Assembly (NCBI GenBank): GCA_035454885.1
Contig: DATIGE010000021.1
Span: 8,897 to 72,896, forward strand
Direction: 5' to 3'
DNA from: a bacterium
GTDB lineage: Bacteria > UBA10199 > JACPAL01 > GCA-016699445
DNA: 64,000 bases
The position numbers and the translations under genes were made by a program. Shown one piece after another: positions 57,641 to 64,000 of the stretch. The notes beneath the pieces are model-generated. The model was given only the letters and a program-made list of their open reading frames with translations, was not told the DNA's origin and searched no databases. How positions within the stretch are numbered: position 1 is the first letter of the stretch; each line of letters opens with the position of its first letter.

Positions 57641-58699
57641 ATGACGCAGCGGCAGATCTTCATTCTTTCGTTTTTTGTCCTTCTCGTACTGATCTTTCTT
57701 CAATTGGTCGGGGTCTTCAAGATCTTCCTGACGCCCATCCTCTGGGCCATCGTGCTGACCATCGTTTTCTATCCGCTCCACAAGAGGTTTCTGAAGCTCT
57801 TCAAGAACCGGAAGACCTTGGCGGCTTTGGCGACGGTTTTCGTGGTGTTCCTTCTCACCGTGGGGCCCATGATTTTCTTCTCCGGAACGCTTGTCCGCGA
57901 AATCCTCCAATTCTACGCGGATGTCGGAGCGTGGATCACGGACAAGAAATATGAGGCCGCCTGGAACCGCGTCCTGGATTCCCCGTTGCGCGTGGTGTGG
58001 GACAAGATCGTCGAAAAAACCTCGGCGCTGGACATCGAGATCCTGCCGCTCCTCGGCCGCACCGCGCAGGGCGTTTCGGAGGCCATCGTCCGGCAGATCC
58101 GGTCGGGCGCGACCAACTTCCTCTTCTTCGTGCTCAACTATATCGTGACGGTCATCATCTTCTTTTTCTTCGTCCGGGACGGAGAGGCCATGGCCCGGGG
58201 CATCAAGGATCTTTTTCCGATGACCCGCGAAAACAAGGAGGCCATTTTCAACCGCCTGGAAGTGACGGTTTCGGCGGTGGTGCGCGGGCTCGTCGTGACC
58301 GGCGGCGTTCAGGCCGTGCTGGCGGGGGTGGCTTTCTGGATCCTGGGCGTGCCGTTCCCCGTTTTCTTGGCGTTGCTCGTCGCGTTTCTGGCGCTGGTGC
58401 CCATCGGCGGGGCCGTTGTCGTTTGGGGCCCGTCGGCCTTTTATCTTTTTCTCTCGGGGAGCTGGGTGAAGGCGTTGATCTTGTTCTTGTGGGGAGCGCT
58501 CGTCATCAGCATGGTGGACAATTTCCTCAAACCCATCCTGATCGGCGAGAAGACGCGGATTCCGACGCTCTTTCTCTTCTTGGCGATCCTGGGCGGGTTG
58601 ACGTTCTACGGCCTGATCGGGGTCTTTTTGGGGCCGATCATGCTCGCGCTGTTCTTGACGCTGATCGACATCTACCGGAAAGAATACTCCGAAAAATAG
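57641..58699 (+). CDS. AI-2E family transporter (PerM/YdiK-like)
   Basis: 8-TM protein. Sequence contains the conserved VVWGPSAFYLF...LKPILIGEKTRIP... motifs of UPF0118/AI-2E. Confidence 0.8.
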   Translation: MTQRQIFILSFFVLLVLIFLQLVGVFKIFLTPILWAIVLTIVFYPLHKRFLKLFKNRKTLAALATVFVVFLLTVGPMIFFSGTLVREILQFYADVGAWITDKKYEAAWNRVLDSPLRVVWDKIVEKTSALDIEILPLLGRTAQGVSEAIVRQIRSGATNFLFFVLNYIVTVIIFFFFVRDGEAMARGIKDLFPMTRENKEAIFNRLEVTVSAVVRGLVVTGGVQAVLAGVAFWILGVPFPVFLALLVAFLALVPIGGAVVVWGPSAFYLFLSGSWVKALILFLWGALVISMVDNFLKPILIGEKTRIPTLFLFLAILGGLTFYGLIGVFLGPIMLALFLTLIDIYRKEYSEK

Positions 58700-58709
58700 A
58701 GAGGCACTT

Positions 58710-59858
58710 ATGAGACGAACATTCCCGTCCGTCGTTTTCACCCTCATGTGGACCGTGTCCGCCGTAGCCTTCGGCGGAGGCGGATGCGCCAAACCGGGCG
58801 CGAAGACGATTCCCGTCGGCGAATACGGCTCCCTCACGGGGGGGACGGCCACCTTCGGGCAGAGCTCGCATCAGGGCACGATGCTCGCGACGGAGGAGGT
58901 CAACGCCGCCGGGGGTCTCTTGGGCCAGAAGGTCGAGGTCATCACCGAGGACGACCAGAGCCGGCCGGAAGAGGCCAAGACGGCGGTGCTCAAACTCATC
59001 AAGCAAAACAACGTGGTGGCGGTCATCGGGGAAGTTGCGTCGTCGCGGAGCCTGGCGGCCGCGCCCGAATGCCAAAAGTCGAAGATTCCGATGATCAGCC
59101 CGGCGTCCACCAATCCCAAGGTGACGGAGATCGGCGACTACATCTTCCGCGCTTGTTTCGTCGACACGTTTCAAGGCGAGGCGATGGCCAAGTTCGCCAG
59201 GAACGACCTGAAGCTTTCGCGCGTCGCGGTTTTGAAGGACGTCAAGAACGACTACTCGGTCGGCCTGGCGGACTTTTTCGAAAAAACCTTCAAGGCGGAG
59301 GGCGGCGAGATCACGGTGGTTCAGTCCTATTCCGAGGGTGACATCGACTTCCGCGCCCAATTGACGGCCATCAAGGGACAGAGCCCGGACGGGGTCTTTG
59401 TGCCGGGTTACTACACCGAAGTGGGTTTGATCGCGCGCCAGGCCCGGGAGTTGGGGATCACCGTCCCGCTGATGGGCGGAGACGGCTGGGACTCGCCCAA
59501 GACCATCGAGATCGGCGGGGCGGCGGTGGAGGGCAGCTACTTCGGGAACCACTACGCGGCCGACGACCCGGACCCAGTCATCCAGTCCTTCATCCAAAAA
59601 TTCAAGGCGAAGTACGGAATTGTCCCCGACGCCATGGCGGTGCTGGGTTACGATGCCGCGAGTCTCCTCTACGACGCGATCAAGCGCGCGGGGAGCGCCG
59701 AACCGGCGAAGATCCGCGATGCGTTGGCGGCGACGGCGGATTTTCAGGGCGTCTCCGGCAAGCTCACCATGGACGCGAACCGGAACGCGAAAAAGAAGCT
59801 CGTGATCATGAAGATCGAGAACGGGGCGAATAAATTCCACGCCGAGGTCAAACCGTAG
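58710..59858 (+). CDS. livK: branched-chain amino acid ABC transporter substrate-binding protein (LivK/LivJ family)
   Basis: Type I periplasmic binding protein fold (VAVIGEVASS...ISPASTNPK...). Signal/lipoprotein-like N-terminus (GGGGC). Confidence 0.85.
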   Translation: MRRTFPSVVFTLMWTVSAVAFGGGGCAKPGAKTIPVGEYGSLTGGTATFGQSSHQGTMLATEEVNAAGGLLGQKVEVITEDDQSRPEEAKTAVLKLIKQNNVVAVIGEVASSRSLAAAPECQKSKIPMISPASTNPKVTEIGDYIFRACFVDTFQGEAMAKFARNDLKLSRVAVLKDVKNDYSVGLADFFEKTFKAEGGEITVVQSYSEGDIDFRAQLTAIKGQSPDGVFVPGYYTEVGLIARQARELGITVPLMGGDGWDSPKTIEIGGAAVEGSYFGNHYAADDPDPVIQSFIQKFKAKYGIVPDAMAVLGYDAASLLYDAIKRAGSAEPAKIRDALAATADFQGVSGKLTMDANRNAKKKLVIMKIENGANKFHAEVKP

Positions 59859-59861
59859 GGC

Positions 59862-60761
59862 ATGTCAGAATTTTTGCAACAAACCGTCAATGGGCTGGCT
59901 TGGGGCAGCATCTACGCCCTGATCGCCCTGGGTTACACGATGGTCTACGGCGTCCTCCGTCTCATCAACTTCGCTCACGGCGACGTCTACATGATCGGCG
60001 CCATGACTGGTTACTACGCGGGGAATCTGATCACCCGCGGACTTCCGGCGGGCGCGGCGTTCCCGGTGGTTCTCGCCTGCTCGATGGCGGTCTGCGGCGT
60101 CCTGGGCTTTTTGATCGAACGGGCCGCCTACCGCCCGCTCCGGAACGCCCCGCGAATCAACTCTCTCATCACCGCCATCGGCGTCTCGCTTCTCCTGGAA
60201 TTCGGCGGCCAGCTTCTCTTCGGGGCCGACCCCAAGGTCTTTCCGCCGCTGATTCCGGAACAGCCGCTCTTCGAGATCGGCGGGGCGGTGATCGGCCGGA
60301 TCCAGGCGGTGATCTTCGCGGTCGCCTTGGTCCTCATGGCGGTCCTGCGTTTCATCGTCGTGAAGACGCGGCTCGGCAAGGCGATGCGCGCAGTTTCGTT
60401 TTCGCACGTCGCGAGCCAGCTCGTCGGCGTCCCGCTCGACACCGTCGTCAGCTTCACGTTCGTCCTGGGATCGATGCTCGCGGGCGCCGGGGGCGTCCTG
60501 GTCGGCATCGCGAACCCCAAGGTCGAGCCGCTCATGGGGATCATGCCGGGGCTGAAGGCCTTCGTGGCGGCGGTCTTGGGGGGGATCGGCAACATTCCCG
60601 GGGCGCTCGCCGGCGGGCTCCTGATGGGCCTCTCGGAGACCTACGTCGTCGGTTACGTGTCCTCGACGTACCGGGACGCCCTGGCCTTCGTCCTTCTCAT
60701 CCTCATTCTGCTCGTCCGTCCGGGCGGGCTCTTTGGAAAATCCGTCTCGGATAAAGTCTGA
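59862..60761 (+). CDS. livH: branched-chain amino acid ABC transporter permease LivH
   Basis: WGSIYALIALGYTMVYGVLRLINFAHGD canonical LivH. Confidence 0.9.
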   Translation: MSEFLQQTVNGLAWGSIYALIALGYTMVYGVLRLINFAHGDVYMIGAMTGYYAGNLITRGLPAGAAFPVVLACSMAVCGVLGFLIERAAYRPLRNAPRINSLITAIGVSLLLEFGGQLLFGADPKVFPPLIPEQPLFEIGGAVIGRIQAVIFAVALVLMAVLRFIVVKTRLGKAMRAVSFSHVASQLVGVPLDTVVSFTFVLGSMLAGAGGVLVGIANPKVEPLMGIMPGLKAFVAAVLGGIGNIPGALAGGLLMGLSETYVVGYVSSTYRDALAFVLLILILLVRPGGLFGKSVSDKV

Positions 60762-61732
60762 TGGGGATCCTCCGCAAACCTGTCTCCGTCATCGCCGCGG
60801 GGATCCTGGCCTGCTGGGTCGTCCAAGAATTCGCGACGCCCTGGATCAACCCGTACCACCTTCAAATCTTGAACACGATCGGCATCGCCGCCGTGATGGC
60901 GGTGAGCCTGAATCTCATCACCGGGCACACGGGCCAGTTCTCGCTCGGCCACGCCGGGTTCATGGCTCTGGGGGCCTACGCCTCGGCCGCCTTCACGGTC
61001 CACCTGAACCCGGACGCGCTGGGCCTCGTTCCCATCCTCCCGGACTGGGCGTGGCGCCCGCTCTTTTTCGTCACGGCTCTGGCGGCCGGCGGCGCGACCG
61101 CGGCCCTGGCGGGGCTGATCGTCGGCATCCCGACCCTGCGACTGAAGGGGGACTATCTGGCCATCGCGACCCTGGGCCTGGGCGAGATCATCCGGGTCAT
61201 CGTCCTCAACCTGGAGTTCGTGGGCGGGGCGAGGGGATTCACCGGCATCCCGGAGTCCTCCAACTTTTTTTGGATCTTTTCGGCCCTCCTCGTCCTGACC
61301 GTCTTGATGGCGCGGGGCGTGTATTCCCTCAAGGGGTTGGCCTTCCTGGCCGTGCGGGAGGACGAGGTCGCCGCGCGCTCGGTGGGGATCAACACGACCC
61401 GCTACAAGGTGCTCGCCTTCGTCCTCGGGTCGTTCTGGGCCGGGGTGGGCGGGGGACTCTTCGCCCATTTGAACACCTATCTCCACACCAACTCGTTCGG
61501 CTTCCTCAAGTCGGTCGAATACGTCGTCATGGTCGTTCTCGGTGGCTTGGGCTCGATCACGGGCTCGCTCGTCGCGGCGGCCCTCCTGACCCTGTTGCCC
61601 GAACTCCTCCGCATCGCCAGCGAGTGGCGGATGATCTTCTACGCCTTGCTCCTCGTCGTCATGATGATCCTCTGGCCGCGCGGGCTCATGGGCCAAAGGG
61701 AACTCCGTTGGATCCGGAGGGTGAAACCGTGA
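60761..61732 (+). CDS. livM: branched-chain amino acid ABC transporter permease LivM
   Basis: LNLITGHTGQFSLGHAGFMALGAYASA canonical LivM. 1-nt offset overlap with livH. Confidence 0.9.
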   Translation: MGILRKPVSVIAAGILACWVVQEFATPWINPYHLQILNTIGIAAVMAVSLNLITGHTGQFSLGHAGFMALGAYASAAFTVHLNPDALGLVPILPDWAWRPLFFVTALAAGGATAALAGLIVGIPTLRLKGDYLAIATLGLGEIIRVIVLNLEFVGGARGFTGIPESSNFFWIFSALLVLTVLMARGVYSLKGLAFLAVREDEVAARSVGINTTRYKVLAFVLGSFWAGVGGGLFAHLNTYLHTNSFGFLKSVEYVVMVVLGGLGSITGSLVAAALLTLLPELLRIASEWRMIFYALLLVVMMILWPRGLMGQRELRWIRRVKP

Positions 61733-62502
61733 CGGCGGAACCGATCTTGAGGGCCGAAAACGCCGGCGTGCGCTTCGGGGGGCTTCAGGCCCTGAAGGGG
61801 TTTTGCCTGAACGTGGAGGAGAGGGGCTTCGTGGGCGTGATCGGACCCAACGGTGCGGGCAAGACGACGTTTTTCAACCTCTTGACCGGGGTCTCAGAAC
61901 CGACGGAAGGTTCCCTCTTCGTCGGCGGCGTGCGCGTCAACGGGCTCAAGCCCCACGCGATCAGCCGCCTGGGCGTGGCCCGCACCTTTCAGAACATCCG
62001 GCTCTTTTCCGCGCTGACCGTCGAGGAAAACGTCCTCGCCGGATTTCACGCGCGGCTCAAGTCCTCGCTCGCGGCGGCGGCCTTCCGCGTCCGTTCTTAT
62101 GAAGAGGAGGAGAAGGCGGACCGGGACGGCGCCTGCGCCCTGCTTCGGCTTTTCGGCTTGGAGCGCCTGAAGGACGAGACGGCCTCGGGTTTGAGCTACG
62201 GCGACCAACGAAGGCTCGAGATCGTGCGCGCGCTCGCGACGCGGCCGAGGCTCCTTCTCCTGGACGAACCGGCGGCGGGGATGAATCCCACCGAAAAGAA
62301 GGAGTTGATCGACTTGATCCGCGGCGTGCACCGGGACTTCGGTCTGGCCGTGATCCTGATCGAGCACGACATGAGCGTGGTGATGAACCTTTGTCCTCGA
62401 ATCCTCGTGCTGGATTACGGGGAAACGATCGCCGAAGGCACCCCCGAGGAGATCCGGAAGAACCCAAAGGTGATCGAGGCGTATCTGGGGACGACCGCGT
62501 GA
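61729..62502 (+). CDS. livG: branched-chain amino acid ABC transporter ATP-binding protein LivG
   Basis: GTG start overlapping the livM stop (GTGA). Walker A GPNGAGKTT, signature LSYGDQRRLEI, Walker B LLLLDEP. Confidence 0.88.
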   Translation: MTAEPILRAENAGVRFGGLQALKGFCLNVEERGFVGVIGPNGAGKTTFFNLLTGVSEPTEGSLFVGGVRVNGLKPHAISRLGVARTFQNIRLFSALTVEENVLAGFHARLKSSLAAAAFRVRSYEEEEKADRDGACALLRLFGLERLKDETASGLSYGDQRRLEIVRALATRPRLLLLDEPAAGMNPTEKKELIDLIRGVHRDFGLAVILIEHDMSVVMNLCPRILVLDYGETIAEGTPEEIRKNPKVIEAYLGTTA

Positions 62503-63227
62503 TCCTGGAGATCGAAAACCTGCACGTCCGTTACGGCTCCATCGAGGCCCTGAAGGGGGTTAGCCTCCGGATGGAGGAGGGCGAGATGGTGGCCCTGATC
62601 GGCTCCAACGGGGCCGGCAAGACCACGCTGCTTCGCACCATCTCCGGCATCCTTCGGCCGTCGGCCGGTTCCATCGAATATCGTGGTCCGTCGGCGGGGG
62701 GGGAGGCCATCGCCCTTCATACCCTGGCGCCGCACAAGATCGTTTCGCACGGCATCGCCCAGGTGCCGGAGGGGCGGATGGTCTTTTCGAACCTGACGGT
62801 CTTGGAGAATCTGGAGCTCGGGGCCTACGGGCGCAAGGGAGCCTCCGGGATCAAATCCGACCTGGATCATGTCATGGAGATTTTTCCCCGCTTGAGGGAA
62901 AGGATCGCGCAGAACGCCGGGACTCTTTCCGGCGGCGAGCAGCAGATGCTCGCGGTCGGGCGGGCCCTCATGGCGCGTCCGAGGCTCCTTCTCCTGGACG
63001 AGCCGTCGCTCGGCATCGCGCCGGCGCTGGTCCAGCAGATCTTCAAGGTGCTGGTCGAAATCAACCGGAAGGGGACGACGATCCTGCTCGTGGAACAGGA
63101 CGCGTACCTGGCCCTCAAATCCACGGCCCGCGCCTACGTGTTGGAGACGGGGACCGTCAAGACCTCGGGACCGAGCGCCCAACTGATGAGCGATCCCGAG
63201 GTCAAAAAAGCCTACCTGGGCGGGTGA
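62499..63227 (+). CDS. livF: branched-chain amino acid ABC transporter ATP-binding protein LivF
   Basis: GTG start overlapping the livG stop. Walker A GSNGAGKTT, signature LSGGEQQMLAV, Walker B LLLLDEPS. Confidence 0.88.
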   Translation: MILEIENLHVRYGSIEALKGVSLRMEEGEMVALIGSNGAGKTTLLRTISGILRPSAGSIEYRGPSAGGEAIALHTLAPHKIVSHGIAQVPEGRMVFSNLTVLENLELGAYGRKGASGIKSDLDHVMEIFPRLRERIAQNAGTLSGGEQQMLAVGRALMARPRLLLLDEPSLGIAPALVQQIFKVLVEINRKGTTILLVEQDAYLALKSTARAYVLETGTVKTSGPSAQLMSDPEVKKAYLGG

Positions 63228-64000
63228 ATGCGCCATCCGACTCGCATTCTTGAGGCGCGATGGATTTACCTTCGAGTCTTGGGTTTTTGTTTTTTTGCGA
63301 CGTTTGTTTCCCTCCTGGTTCAAATTCTTGGATTGATCGGTCCCCAGGGCCTATTCCCCGCCTCGGAGATCCTGGCCGAAACCTCTTTTTTGAGGACTCC
63401 GTCTCTACTTTGGCTGGGTACGTCTGATACTTGCATCTTCATCGTCGTCGGCCTCGGTCTGTGCGGTTCGCTGCTCGTCGTCTTGAACCGGTGGAACCGG
63501 ATCGGTCTCGCCGTCTGCTGGATGGTCTTTCTTTCCATCGCGAGCGTGTCACCGCAGTTCACTTGGTACAAGGCCGATGGCCTGCTGTTGGAATGCGCCT
63601 TCTTGGGTTGGTTTCTGGCGCCGTCCGGGCGCAGACCCTATCTGGGGGAACAGGACCCGCCGTCATTTGTCGTTCTTTTTGCGCACCTGTGGTTGCTTTT
63701 CCGTCTCATGTTCGAGACGGGACTCGCCAAGGCGGTCAGTCCCGACCCCGTCTGGAGGGATCTGGACGCCATGGCCTACTTCCACCAAAACATGCCGTTC
63801 CCCACTTGGGTGGGCTGGCTGTTTTCGCAACTTCCCTACGGCTTTCATCGCTTTGAAACGGCGTTCACGCTCTTGGGCGAGTGCTTCGCGCCGTTCCTCC
63901 TATTCTGCGGACGGCGCGCCCGGTTCATCGCACTGGTCCTGTGGTTCTGCCTGCAGACCGGAATCATCCTTTCCGGGAACTTCCTGGCCTTCAATTACCT
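63228..64000 (+). CDS. polytopic membrane protein, lipase-maturation-factor (LMF/DUF1222)-like; partial at window end
   Basis: ATG directly after the livF stop. WIYLRVLGFCFFATFVSLLVQILGLIGPQGLFP... resembles the bacterial LMF-family N-terminus from memory. Runs off the window end. Confidence 0.5.
   Translation, partial: MRHPTRILEARWIYLRVLGFCFFATFVSLLVQILGLIGPQGLFPASEILAETSFLRTPSLLWLGTSDTCIFIVVGLGLCGSLLVVLNRWNRIGLAVCWMVFLSIASVSPQFTWYKADGLLLECAFLGWFLAPSGRRPYLGEQDPPSFVVLFAHLWLLFRLMFETGLAKAVSPDPVWRDLDAMAYFHQNMPFPTWVGWLFSQLPYGFHRFETAFTLLGECFAPFLLFCGRRARFIALVLWFCLQTGIILSGNFLAFNY

Noticed and set aside
60733-62502. 589-aa plus-strand ORF spanning livM and livG
   Set aside because: Out-of-frame read-through of livM. 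The real livG starts at the GTG at 61729 overlapping the livM stop, giving a standard 257-aa ABC ATPase.

Overview
High-GC window (roughly two-thirds G+C by eye), bacterial, gene-dense, ~50 supportable protein-coding genes. I found no rRNA, tRNA, CRISPR array or obvious mobile element. Several traits point to a Myxococcota-like deltaproteobacterial lineage (inference only): a Ser/Thr kinase fused to a P-loop NTPase, Myxococcus-type cysteine-rich repeats, sigma-54 type promoters, and a TIGR02147-like gene.

Content from start to end:
- (-) partial Ser/Thr kinase/NTPase fusion, then a hypothetical.
- Two adjacent minus-strand genes, a 1324-aa secreted protein and a small lipoprotein. Each sits behind its own candidate sigma-54 promoter, and the two promoters share the same upstream-element architecture.
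- TIGR02147-like gene and TldD.
- A five-gene co-directional block (10.4-21.4 kb) encoding only lipoproteins or secreted hypotheticals, including 1181-aa and 1366-aa giants.
- A lipid-oriented neighbourhood: HAD-IB fusion hydrolase, TolC-like outer-membrane protein, MlaC-like lipoprotein, AlkP-family phosphodiesterase; then TetR-etfB-etfA-acyl-CoA dehydrogenase-thioesterase; a convergent BioF2-like GNAT plus alpha-oxoamine synthase pair; and an HdrD/GlpC-like membrane Fe-S oxidoreductase.
- A membrane-fused spermidine-synthase-like gene, then a three-subunit acyl-CoA carboxylase plus a methylmalonyl-CoA mutase catalytic subunit.
- tatC, tatA and an HDAC-like deacetylase.
- A tandemly duplicated two-gene cassette, cysteine-rich repeat protein followed by an OmpA-like barrel, present twice, followed by an S8 subtilase.
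- PBP1A, a small Pro-rich lipoprotein, an AI-2E transporter, the livKHMGF branched-chain amino-acid ABC operon, and a partial LMF-like membrane protein.

The best candidates for undescribed biology are the duplicated cysteine-rich/OmpA/subtilase surface module with its unusual C-terminal 'G-x-G-C-S-L' tails, and the five-gene secreted/lipoprotein block. Many long ORFs in the supplied track are antisense artefacts of the high-GC sequence and were discarded.
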